64,000 nucleotides of DNA from an uncultured Actinomycetes bacterium (GTDB lineage: Bacteria; Actinomycetota; Actinomycetes; Streptosporangiales; Streptosporangiaceae). The translations under genes and the position numbers were made by a program. Location: assembly GCA_963841585.1 (NCBI GenBank), contig CAWJDK010000031.1, positions 182,450 to 246,449 on the forward strand, in the 5' to 3' direction. Of this stretch, positions 26,249-34,754 are shown one piece after another. Below the pieces are notes generated by a model. That model was given only the letters and a program-made list of their open reading frames with translations, had not been told where the DNA came from and did not search any database. Within the stretch, counting starts at the first letter, position 1. Every line of letters starts with the position of its first letter.

Positions 26249-26339
26249 GGCAGCCTGGTACGGCAGCCTGGCACGGCAGCCTGGCACGGCAGCCTGGCAC
26301 GGCAGCCTGGCACGGCAGCCTGGTACGGCAGCCTGGCAC
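26249..26339. repeat. Tandem repeat, 13-bp unit x7 (ggcagcctggyac)
   Basis: Read directly. No spacers, and it lies immediately upstream of hairpin copy 2. Confidence 0.9.
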
Positions 26340-26394
26340 GGCGGATCGTCCGCCGCCGTACCACCTGCCCCGCTGGCATCATCAGCACCGCGAC

Positions 26395-26459
26395 ATACGA
26401 TGTGAATGTCCCATTCATGCAGCTGGAGCGACATGGCTGGGACATCCACGCCGTATAAA
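26395..26459 (+). repeat. Hairpin-cored interspersed repeat, copy 2
   Basis: GTGAATGTCCCATTCATG (26402-26419), loop cagctggagcga, CATGGCTGGGACATCCAC (26432-26449), tail GCCGTATAAA. Confidence 0.85.
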
Positions 26460-26777
26460 CAGCCGGGAGCAGCGGCCGCCGGGCCGGATCAGGAGCCACC
26501 ACAGCCACAGCGATCACTCCGCAGACGCCAGCCCCGAAGGCAGGCCCCGGCCAGTCCCGGCGAATCCGCGGAGAGCCCGTAATCCCCGACGTCAAAAGTC
26601 GCTAAGCCCCTGGACTCCCTCGCCAGCGCGACGATCGTGAAATTCACGCGGCCCGCAGCCTCAGTAGGCACCGAACTCCCTAGCATTACGGCACAGGCTG
26701 GCCGCTCGCCGGAGGAAGCACCTATCTATCATGTCCCGCGCTATATCGGCTTGCGGTATAGCGGGAGGCGCTATAGA

Positions 26778-27113
26778 GTGACCGGCGTGACAGACAGACT
26801 CGACCGCTGGGCTGATCCGCCGCTGCTGGTGCTGGCCAGCCTGGCCGACGAGCCCAAGCACGGCTACGCCATCATCCAGGACGTGGCGGAGACCATGGGC
26901 GTTCGGCTCAGCGCGGGCACCCTCTACGCGGTCATCGCCCGGCTCGAGGCGCGCGGCCTGATCGAGCCGCTCGAGTCCGACGACCGCCGCCGGCCGTACC
27001 GCATCACGATGGCCGGGGCCGAGGCGCTGGCGCAGCAGTCCGAGCGGATGAGCAAGGTCGCCTCGGTGGCCAGGGAGCGGCTGGGTACCCGCCTCGGCTG
27101 GGCCGGCGCATGA
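26778..27113 (+). CDS. PadR family transcriptional regulator
   Basis: LLVLASLADEPKHGYAIIQDV...GTLYAVIARLEARGLIE. GTG at 26778 preceded by GGGAGG. Confidence 0.8.
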   Translation: MTGVTDRLDRWADPPLLVLASLADEPKHGYAIIQDVAETMGVRLSAGTLYAVIARLEARGLIEPLESDDRRRPYRITMAGAEALAQQSERMSKVASVARERLGTRLGWAGA

Positions 27114-27958
27114 GGGCGTCCCTGGTCCAGGCCGCGCTGGCCCTCTACCCGCCCTCCTGGCGAGCCCGCTACGGCGACGAAGTCCGGGCGCTCCTCGAGG
27201 ACTCGGGCGACTGGCCGGCCGCCGTAGCCAGCGTCGCCTGGCGCGCACTGCCCGCCTGGTTCCGGCCGCCCCTGCGCGACCGGCCGACCCGGATGCGGGC
27301 CAGCCTGGCCACCGCGCTCATGTCCTGGTCCATGCTGGCCGGCCTGGGCCTCGTCTTCGCCCAGCTCACCCAGCTGCAGGGCCTCACCGCTCCCGGCCAC
27401 CCCGAACTTCGCTGGGCTTACGCCATCTTCGACGTCACCCTCGCCACCTCGGCCCTGGTCGCCGGGCTCGGCGGGTTGCCGCTGTGGCTGCTCATGCTGC
27501 GCCGGGCGTGGCGCGAGCGGCGCATCCGCGACGCGGTGTACTTGTCCCTGCCGCTGGTCGCTCCGGTCGCGTACCTGATCGGCCTGGCCGTGACGGTCCG
27601 GCTGGTCGCCGGCCCGAACGGGGTCAGCCAGGGATGGTTCGGTTTCGTCACCCTGACCGGGTTCGCCGCGGCTGCCACCGCGGCGACCGGACCGGGCCTG
27701 GCCCTGCGCAGGCTGCAGCCGCGGGGGCCAGCCCTGCGCCTGGCCGCGGCCGCGGCCGGCGTGTCGGCCGCGGTCACGGCGGTGGCCGCCGTGGCCATCG
27801 TGGTCGCCGTGACCAGCCTGAGCCTGTGGGCCCGACAGTTCGCCGGCTATCACGACGGCACCGTGTCAGGCATCTACCTGGCGCTGGTCGTCACCGCCGC
27901 GACCGTCACGACGGTGAGCGCCGCGCGCGGCACCCGGGCCGCGCTGGCCCAGTCCTAG
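27110..27958 (+). CDS. PadR-associated integral membrane protein (hypothetical)
   Basis: 282-aa ORF with ATGA overlap to padR and about 6 hydrophobic helices. Confidence 0.65.
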   Translation: MRASLVQAALALYPPSWRARYGDEVRALLEDSGDWPAAVASVAWRALPAWFRPPLRDRPTRMRASLATALMSWSMLAGLGLVFAQLTQLQGLTAPGHPELRWAYAIFDVTLATSALVAGLGGLPLWLLMLRRAWRERRIRDAVYLSLPLVAPVAYLIGLAVTVRLVAGPNGVSQGWFGFVTLTGFAAAATAATGPGLALRRLQPRGPALRLAAAAAGVSAAVTAVAAVAIVVAVTSLSLWARQFAGYHDGTVSGIYLALVVTAATVTTVSAARGTRAALAQS

Positions 27959-27970
27959 GAGAGCAGAGCC

Positions 27971-28519
27971 CTAGCCCGGACCGGTGAGCTGGGCCCGGGC
28001 GCACCTGCGGAAGGCTGCCACCAGGCGGCCGTGGTCGCCGGCCGGGTGACCAGCACGACGTGGCTCGGCTCGACGCCGTGCAGCAGGATCGTGGTGAGGG
28101 CGGCCCGGGTCGGGCAGCCGGCGGATGGGCTCGCCCGCGATGTCGTCGATGCTGACCGATCCCTTGCCGGCCAGCCGGTGGTCCAGCGGGACCAGCAGCA
28201 CCCGGGGCTCGTCGTACAGCACCGATAGTGATCCGGCTGGGCTGGGTGGCCGCCCGGGCGGCCGCCTGCGCGGCCGACCGCAGCAGCGCCTTGGCCTGCG
28301 GCAGGAAGACCTCGCCGGCCTCGGTCAGCCGGCTGCCCTGGGGGTGCGGTCCAGCAGCCGGGCGCCCAGTTGCTGTTCCAGGTGCCGGATCTGCCGGCTG
28401 CAGGGACAGCTGGGCCACGCGGAGAGCTTCGGCGGCGCGGCCGAATGCCGGTGCTCGGCGACCACGGTGAAGTACCGCACCAGCCGCAGGTCCAGGTCAG
28501 CGGGCGGCAAGTCTGGCAT
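27971..28519 (-). pseudogene. LysR-type regulator remnant (multiple frameshifts plus internal deletion)
   Basis: HTH LDLRLVRYFTVVAEHRH...SRQIRHLEQQLGARLLDRTP (28325..28519). The continuation GSRLTEAGEVFLPQAKALL sits in another frame, and a C-terminal piece (27971..28222) in a third. About 550 bp versus about 900 expected. Confidence 0.7.
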
Positions 28520-28590
28520 ACCTCGATACTACGACGGCGAGCTACGCCGGCACCCTGGGCCGCCCCTCTTGTCGGGCGGGCGCGCCGGAT

Positions 28591-28672
28591 AGCGTGGTTG
28601 ATCCGGGTTGTGCGGTTGATTGGGGGTACCCCAGTCCACCGGATCAACCATGAAGCCCCGATCAACCACGCT
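28591..28672. mobile_element. MITE-like element built from two IS1182-type terminal repeats
   Basis: AGCGTGGTTGATCCGGGTT...GGGGGTACCCC...CCCGATCAACCACGCT. The arms are inverted repeats of each other and match the architecture of the neighbouring IS ends (xCGTGGxxGATCxGGGTTxxGxGGxxGAT..GGTACCCC). Confidence 0.5.
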
Positions 28673-28818
28673 AATCGCAGCGGGTCCCCGGGCTGGCCTG
28701 GTACCCCGACCAGCAGACTCCTAGAACGCCCGGCCAAGTAGCCAGTCCGGCCACGGAGCGTCACACAGCGGCCAGTTTGTACCTTTTGTCCGGCCTGGGT
28801 GACGCATCTGCGCGGGTT

Positions 28819-30849
28819 ACCGTGGAGGATCGGGGTTACGTGGAGGATCCGGTACCCCCTGGGGCGTGTTGCAAAATAGATTTTGGTGTTTGGCCTGCTA
28901 GAACAGGGTTTATGGCGCACAGGTACCTTCCGGTGGACCGGGATCAGCCGGCCTTTCTGCCCCTGAATATGCGTGACTGGGTGCCGAAGGACCATGTTGT
29001 CTGGCTGGTCATCGACACGGTTGAGCAGCTGGGCACCCCGGAGCTGGCGGCGCGGCTGGCGGGCGGGACGCGGAAGAGCGCCCGGGGCCGGCGGGCGTAT
29101 CACCCGGTGATGCTGCTGACCTTGCTGGCGTACGCGTATTTGTCCGGGGTGCTGTCGACCCGGGCGGTCGAGGCGCGGTGCCGGGTGGATGCCACCTTCC
29201 GGCTGGCGTGCGCCGGGCTGGTGCCCGATCATACGACGATCTCCCGGTTCCGGCAGCGGGCCTGCGGGGAGGGCGGGCCGATGGAGGACGTGTTTTACGC
29301 GGTGCTGCGGGTGTGCGCGACGGCCGGGCTGGGCCGGCTGAGCGTGGTGGCGGCGGACGGGGTCAAGATCGGGGCGAATGCGTCGAAGGAGGCGAACCGG
29401 ACCGAGGCCGGGCTGCGCAAGCTGGCCGCGGCGGTCATGGCCGGGGCCGCGGCCGCCGATGAGCCGGACGCGGCGGAGACCGGCGAGGACCTGTTCGGCG
29501 GGCAGGCGCTGCCGCCGGGGTGGGCCGATCGGCGGTCGCGGCTGGCCCGGGTGCGGGCGTGCCTGGCGGACTTCGCCGCGCAGCGGGAGGCCGCCGAGGC
29601 GGCGCGGCGGGCGGCCGGCCAGGCGTGGCTGGACGCGCAGGCCGCCGGTAAGCCGGTGACCAGGCCGCCGGCGGCCGTGGCGGTGGAGGCGGCGCGGATC
29701 GCCCTGGAGGCCGAGGTGGCCCGGCAGCAGGCGCTGGTCGATGAGTGGGACCGCAAGCGGGCCGCGGGGGGCCGGGCGGGCAAGAAGCCGGTGCCGGCCG
29801 AGGCGTCCCGCCGGGTGGCCCGGCAGCGGGAACGGCTGGCCCGCGCCGAGGCCGCAGCCGCCGCCGCGCGGCAGGAGGAAGAGGAGGACCAGGCCGGGGG
29901 CGGTGAGCCGGACGGGACGGGGAAGAAGAAGGACAAGCCCAGGCCGGTGCGCAACGTCACCGACCCGGATTCGGCGCTGATGCCGGTCCGCGGCGGCGGG
30001 CTGAAGCAGGGGTACAACTGCCAGGACGCCGCCGCCGATGACCGGCTGATGCTGGGCGGGTTCGCCTCCTCCTGCGCCGCCGACACCGTGCACGCCGCCC
30101 GCCTGGAACAGGTCGCGGTCAAAGGCGCGCAGGTCGTCGCCGCCGCGCACGCCGATCCCGGGCACCCCGTAGCCGGCTGCCACGCCCGGATGTGCACCGC
30201 GGAAGATGCCGCCGATCCCGGCCACGACGTCACCGCCTGCCACGCGCGGATGACCGGGGGGATCGGCGTGCTGGTGGAAGACGCCGGGTACTGCTCCGAG
30301 GCCAACCTCACCGCCGGCGGCAGCGTGGACCGGCTTATCGCCACCGGCAACCGCGCCAGCATGGGCAAGGCCGCCCGGGACAATCCCGCGGCCGGGCCGC
30401 CGCCCGAAGACGCCACCGCGACCGAGAAGATGGACCACCGGCTGCGCACTCCCCAGGGCCGCGCCGCCTACAAGCGCCGCGCCCCCGACATCGAGGGCGT
30501 GCACGCCAGCATCGAGGACCTCATCGGGCTGCGCCGGTTCTCCATGCGCGGCCTGACCCTGGCCACCGGCGAGTTCCTGCTCGCCGGGCTGTGCCACAAC
30601 CTGCTGCTGCTGTCCCGCCTGCCCTAACCCGGGCCCGGGCGCGGAAACTTTCCCCACAGCCGGCGCCAGCACGCCCGGAAACTATCCACAGCCCCTCGAA
30701 CCGGCCTCCACCAGGCCAGACCCGGGCCACAGCAGCCTGCCGAGGCACCTGGAACTCGCTAATGTAAAGGAATGAGCCCAGGCCACGCGGAAATCGCAAC
30801 AGGCCCCAGGGGGTACCAAAAGCTCCGTATAACCCGGATCCTCCACGTT
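28819..30849 (+). mobile_element. IS1182-family (IS5-superfamily) insertion sequence, apparently intact
   Basis: About 54-bp terminal inverted repeats. Left is ACCGTGGAGGATCGGGGTTACGTGGAGGATCCGGTACCCCCTGGGGCGTGTTGC (28819-28872). Right reverse-complement is AACGTGGAGGATCCGGGTTATACGGAGCTTTTGGTACCCCCTGGGGCCTGTTGC (30796-30849). Ends may extend about 35 bp further out. Confidence 0.8.
28912..30627 (+). CDS. IS1182-family DDE transposase
   Basis: MAHRYLPVDRDQPAFLPLNMRDWVPKDHVVWLV (InsH-type N-domain), a long A/E/R-rich linker, and a C-terminal DDE region (EDAGYCSEANL...GLRRFSMRGL). Confidence 0.85.
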   Translation: MAHRYLPVDRDQPAFLPLNMRDWVPKDHVVWLVIDTVEQLGTPELAARLAGGTRKSARGRRAYHPVMLLTLLAYAYLSGVLSTRAVEARCRVDATFRLACAGLVPDHTTISRFRQRACGEGGPMEDVFYAVLRVCATAGLGRLSVVAADGVKIGANASKEANRTEAGLRKLAAAVMAGAAAADEPDAAETGEDLFGGQALPPGWADRRSRLARVRACLADFAAQREAAEAARRAAGQAWLDAQAAGKPVTRPPAAVAVEAARIALEAEVARQQALVDEWDRKRAAGGRAGKKPVPAEASRRVARQRERLARAEAAAAAARQEEEEDQAGGGEPDGTGKKKDKPRPVRNVTDPDSALMPVRGGGLKQGYNCQDAAADDRLMLGGFASSCAADTVHAARLEQVAVKGAQVVAAAHADPGHPVAGCHARMCTAEDAADPGHDVTACHARMTGGIGVLVEDAGYCSEANLTAGGSVDRLIATGNRASMGKAARDNPAAGPPPEDATATEKMDHRLRTPQGRAAYKRRAPDIEGVHASIEDLIGLRRFSMRGLTLATGEFLLAGLCHNLLLLSRLP

Positions 30850-31025
30850 ATTCGCAAGCGGGTCCCGGCCTGGCCTGGCGTCCGCGTGAATCTTGGGCCC
30901 GCTGAGACGGCTGTTACCTGACCTGCCCGCCCGTCCCTTACAGCCCCGGGCCCGGCGGCACGGGTTCGCCGCGAGCCGCAATCTGCGCGGCCGGACCCTC
31001 GCCCGGGCCCAGTACGAACCTGACA

Positions 31026-31742
31026 TCACGAAACCTCCAGTTCACTGCGGTGCTCCGCCACCCACTGGAAGGCGGCGCGCACCTCGCGCACGGCGCCCTC
31101 CTCGCGCAGCCGGATCAGGGCCGGGTCACCGGCCGCGGCGCCGGCCTGGATGCCGCGCCAGCACCGGTCCTGCCACCACATGATCACGTCCACGATCTCG
31201 CCCCGGCCGTCGAGCCGGTACGCGTCGCAGATCAGGCGGATCGCCCGCGCCGCCGACCCGGCGTCCGCGCCAGGCCCGAGCCCTAGGTACTGCCAGCACA
31301 CGTGCGCGACGTCGTGGATGCGCCGGCCGGGGCCGGCCAGGTCCCAGTCGATGAAGGCCACCGGGCGCAGGCCCGAGCCGGAGGAGTAGACGGTGTTGTA
31401 CGGGGACAGGTCGTTGTGGCACACGACCGCCTGGTCCCCCGCCAGCGGCGTGCCCGCGGTGAGGTCGTGGAATTCGCGGACGAGTTCGGTCACGCGGACC
31501 AGGCTGGCCTCCTCCGTCACGCCGTCCCGGCCGGGCTGCCAGGCCACGTAGCCGTCCACGAAGCTCAGGATCTCGCGGCCCCGCTCGTCCAGGCCGAGGA
31601 ACCGGGGCGCGCCGTCCCAGCCCGATCGCTCGAAGAAGCCGAGGAGCTCGTGCACGAAGCGGCCGGCCGGCGGGCGTCGTACCGTGTCACCGACGCGGAC
31701 CACGGTGTTGATCGAACCGCCCGGCAGCGGATGCTCGCTCAC
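31026..31742 (-). CDS. Aminoglycoside/choline-kinase-type phosphotransferase (APH family)
   Basis: VCHNDLSPYN (HxDxxxxN) and FIDWDLAG motifs. GTG start at 31742 chosen by family N-terminus; start uncertain. Confidence 0.75.
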   Translation of the reverse strand: MSEHPLPGGSINTVVRVGDTVRRPPAGRFVHELLGFFERSGWDGAPRFLGLDERGREILSFVDGYVAWQPGRDGVTEEASLVRVTELVREFHDLTAGTPLAGDQAVVCHNDLSPYNTVYSSGSGLRPVAFIDWDLAGPGRRIHDVAHVCWQYLGLGPGADAGSAARAIRLICDAYRLDGRGEIVDVIMWWQDRCWRGIQAGAAAGDPALIRLREEGAVREVRAAFQWVAEHRSELEVS

Positions 31743-31845
31743 CCTCCCATTCTCAGCCCGGCTGAACCTGCCGACGATCGCGATCGCTGGCCTGGCCGCG
31801 TGGCTGAGCCGCCGCGGCTGGACCGCCCTGGGGCAGGCCGGGACC

Positions 31846-32019
31846 ATGGTCGGATTCGTGCTGGCCAGGACCGTGGGGATATTCGGCTTCCACCTGACGC
31901 TCTCCTCCGGCCTGGCCTGGACCGTGCTGATGGCCGAGGCGGCCGGCCTGGTGATGCTGCTGCTGACCGCCGCCCTTCTCTGGCATCGGCGGCAGCCGTC
32001 GCGGCTCGCTGGAGGATAA
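31846..32019 (+). CDS. Small hydrophobic protein (57 aa, 2 predicted helices) just upstream of the VIT gene
   Basis: MVGFVLARTVGIFGFHLTLSSGLAWTVLMAEAAGLVMLLLTAALLWHRRQP. GC3-rich. The stop is 20 nt before the VIT start. The frame also stays open and hydrophobic upstream. Confidence 0.35.
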   Translation: MVGFVLARTVGIFGFHLTLSSGLAWTVLMAEAAGLVMLLLTAALLWHRRQPSRLAGG

Positions 32020-32039
32020 TCCAGCGAGTGGGCGAGGAA

Positions 32040-32789
32040 ATGCATGAACCTGGTCATGCGGTCCGCCAGGCTGCGCTCGCGGCGGGATGGTCGCACCGGC
32101 ATCGCGACGTGTCCGGCGGCTGGCTGCGGCCGACGGTCTTCGGCGCGGTGGACGGGCTGGTGACGAACGCCTCGCTGATCGCCGGGCTGGGCGGCGGCGG
32201 GGTCTCGGCGCACACCGTGATCCTCACCGGCGTGGCCGCCCTGGTGGCCGGGGCCTTCTCCATGGGCACCGGCGAGTACGTATCGGTGACCAACCAGAAC
32301 GAGCTGGTGCATGCCGAGGTCGCGACCGAACGGACCATGCACGCCCGCTTCCCCGCCGCCGAGCAGGCCGAGCTGGCCGAAACCTTCATCGGCTACGGCG
32401 CCGACGAGGAGACCGCGGCACGGATGGCCGCCGCGGTATCCCGTGACCCCGACACCGCACTGCGCGTGCACACCCGCGAGGAGCTCGGCGTCGACCCGTT
32501 CGAGCTGCCGTCGGCCGTGGTCGCCGGCATCTCGTCGCTGATCGCCTTCTCCACCGGGGCGCTCATCCCGCTGCTGCCCTACCTGGCGGGCCTGACCGGA
32601 ACGGGCGTGGCGCTGGCCGCCTCCCTCGGCATCGCCGCGGTGGCGCTGCTGACCGGCGGCATGGTGGTGGGCAGGCTCACCGGGCGCCCGCTGCTGCGCT
32701 CGGGCCTGCGTCAGCTCGCCCTGGGCGCCCTGGCCGTCGGGGTGACGTACGCGGTCGGCAGCCTCATCGGCGGCGGCCACGCGGTCTGA
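32040..32789 (+). CDS. VIT1/CCC1-family (iron/manganese transporter) membrane protein
   Basis: FGAVDGLVTNASLIAGLGG, GEYVSV, C-terminal TM bundle. ATG 32040 preceded by GAGGAA. Confidence 0.85.
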   Translation: MHEPGHAVRQAALAAGWSHRHRDVSGGWLRPTVFGAVDGLVTNASLIAGLGGGGVSAHTVILTGVAALVAGAFSMGTGEYVSVTNQNELVHAEVATERTMHARFPAAEQAELAETFIGYGADEETAARMAAAVSRDPDTALRVHTREELGVDPFELPSAVVAGISSLIAFSTGALIPLLPYLAGLTGTGVALAASLGIAAVALLTGGMVVGRLTGRPLLRSGLRQLALGALAVGVTYAVGSLIGGGHAV

Positions 32790-33161
32790 CCAGGGCATCC
32801 CTGAACCTATCGTTAACCGGCTGAACCATCTCCTGATCATGGACGTGTCCATGACGGGAGGCGGAGTGACGGATACGCGGGGGCGTGCCGCCGTGGCCAG
32901 CCTGGTCACGCCAGGCGCGGGCCCAGCTGACCAGCCCCGCGGCGGCCGCCGCGTCCCTGCCCGGGCTGCGCGGCTACCAGCGGCGGCTGAACGCCGCCAA
33001 CGAGCCGGTGGAGGACGCGGTCCGGCCATCCGCGGTCAGCTCGGCCTGCCCCCGCCCGATACCAGCTGACCGCGGCTAAACCCGGCGGTGAACTGAAACG
33101 ACCGACCGCACGTGATCCCTAACGGGAGACCACATGCACCTGTGAAGGGGAGACAATCCGA

Positions 33162-33707
33162 ATGCGAAAGATATGGGGCGTGGCTGGCTTGGCTGCTCTT
33201 GCCCTGACCGTGTCCGCCTGCGCCAGTTCGGGCAGCAGTAGCTCGTCTGCGGTGACCAACACGCCCGCCGCGGGCGGCAGCAGCAGCGCGGCGGCGGCCG
33301 GCGGGAGCACCGTCGCCGAGAAGACCATCGGTAGCCAGCAGGTGCTCGTCGATTCCCAGGGCATGACCCTGTACTGGTTCGTCCCGGACACCTCGAGCAA
33401 ATCGAACTGCTCGGGCCAGTGCGCGGTCTACTGGCCGCCGGTCAAGGGCCCGCTCACCGCCGGCTCGGGCGTGACCGGCACGCTGAGCACCATCACCAGG
33501 TCCGACGGCAGCACGCAGGCGACCTATGACGGCCACCCGCTCTACACCTACGTCGGCGACAAGAGCCCCGGGCAGGCCACGGGCAACGGCAAGAACCTCT
33601 CCGGGGGCCTGTGGTGGGAGATGACGGTCTCCGGCTCAACGCCCGCCCCGGCGGCGGGTGCCGGGGGCTCCTCCGCCACTTCCGGCGGCGGAGGATACGG
33701 CTACTGA
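33162..33707 (+). CDS. Lipoprotein, PF03640/COG4315 family (Y-x-[FWY]-x-x-D repeat)
   Basis: Lipobox LTVSAC, MTLYWFVPD, CSGQCAVYWPP, HPLYTYVGD. Confidence 0.8.
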   Translation: MRKIWGVAGLAALALTVSACASSGSSSSSAVTNTPAAGGSSSAAAAGGSTVAEKTIGSQQVLVDSQGMTLYWFVPDTSSKSNCSGQCAVYWPPVKGPLTAGSGVTGTLSTITRSDGSTQATYDGHPLYTYVGDKSPGQATGNGKNLSGGLWWEMTVSGSTPAPAAGAGGSSATSGGGGYGY

Positions 33708-33741
33708 GCTCGCGCTCACCGTCCGGGCGCGCAGTGTCCAA

Positions 33742-33770
33742 GGCGGGCGCGGCCCCAGGCCGCGCCCGCC
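33742..33770 (+). terminator. GC hairpin after the lipoprotein gene
   Basis: ggcgggcgcggcc-cca-ggccgcgcccgcc, a perfect 13-bp stem with no U-tract. Confidence 0.5.
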
Positions 33771-33988
33771 GCGGGCACCGGTCGTTTCCCCAGTGCAACC
33801 AGTAGCGTTACCCGGAATCCGCGGATAGCGGTGCGCGATAAGTTCGCGCCGCCGCTATTCGCTTTCCTGTGCCCGGAATCATGGCCATAATGAACACGCG
33901 AACGGCGCTGCGGGCCTGAAATATAAAGCGGCACAGAAGCAACTGCGGGGACGGGCCTGCGCCTCTTGACGGAACGAGGGGAAGAGGC

Positions 33989-34753
33989 ATGACGCTCACA
34001 TCCGGGGAATCGATCGACGACGTGCAGACCAGCCCGGCGGCGCACGCCGTGGACCTGCGCAAGACCTACGGGGCCGGGCAGGCGGCCGTGCACGCCCTGG
34101 CTGGCATCAACGTGACCTTCGAACGGGGCCGGTTCACCGCCGTGATGGGCCCGTCGGGCTCGGGCAAGTCGACGCTGATGCACTGCATGGCGGGTCTCGA
34201 CCGGCCGACATCGGGGCAGACGTTCGTGGGTGGCCAGGATGTCGGACAGCTCGACGACGCCGGTCTCACCCGGCTGCGCCGTGACAAGATCGGCTTCGTC
34301 TTCCAGTCCTTCAACCTCGTCCCGACGCTCACCGCGGCCGAGAACATCACCCTGCCCGCCGACCTGGCGGGCGCCAAGGTCGACCGGGACTGGCTTGGTT
34401 ACCTGGTCAAGCAGCTGGGTATCGAGGACCGTCTCACGCATCGTCCCAGCGAGCTCTCCGGCGGTCAGCAGCAGCGCGTAGCATGCGCCCGGGCGCTGAT
34501 TAACAAACCGGACCTCGTCTTCGCCGACGAGCCCACGGGCAACCTCGACTCCAATGCCTCGGCCGGCGTGCTGTCCTTCCTCCGGCAGTCGGTCTCCGAC
34601 CTGGGCCAGTCGATCGTGATGGTGACCCACGACCCCAGGGGCGCCGCCTACGCGGACCGGGTCGTCTTCCTGGCCGACGGGACCGTGGTGAGCGAGCTCG
34701 GCCAGCCCACCGCCAACTCGGTCCTGGAGCGGATGCGGACGCTGGGGTCCTGA
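33989..34753 (+). CDS. ABC transporter ATP-binding protein (MacB/LolD/FtsE-type)
   Basis: Walker A GPSGSGKST, signature LSGGQQQR, Walker B LVFADEPT. Confidence 0.9.
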   Translation: MTLTSGESIDDVQTSPAAHAVDLRKTYGAGQAAVHALAGINVTFERGRFTAVMGPSGSGKSTLMHCMAGLDRPTSGQTFVGGQDVGQLDDAGLTRLRRDKIGFVFQSFNLVPTLTAAENITLPADLAGAKVDRDWLGYLVKQLGIEDRLTHRPSELSGGQQQRVACARALINKPDLVFADEPTGNLDSNASAGVLSFLRQSVSDLGQSIVMVTHDPRGAAYADRVVFLADGTVVSELGQPTANSVLERMRTLGS

Positions 34754-34754
34754 C

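Noticed and set aside
26249-26339. Regularly spaced 13-bp repeats that might look like a CRISPR array
   Set aside because: The units are directly abutting with no spacers. They are far shorter than CRISPR repeats, and no cas genes are present in the window.
27955-30672. 905-aa ORF on the minus strand spanning the LysR remnant and the whole IS1182 element
   Set aside because: It is antisense to a transposase with clear family motifs. The translation is R/G/P/A-rich low-complexity sequence, typical of shadow ORFs in high-GC DNA.
32838-32853. Short palindrome CATGGAC-GT-GTCCATG downstream of the VIT gene
   Set aside because: It has 7-bp arms only and is an isolated occurrence. There is no adjacent promoter or gene start that it could plausibly regulate.
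31743-33029. The N-terminal 430 aa of the 667-aa ORF 31026..33029, and the first 245 aa of ORF 31302..32789
   Set aside because: These are composite shadow ORFs. Only the APH domain (31026..31742) and the VIT domain (32040..32789) show family motifs. The remainder is antisense to those genes.
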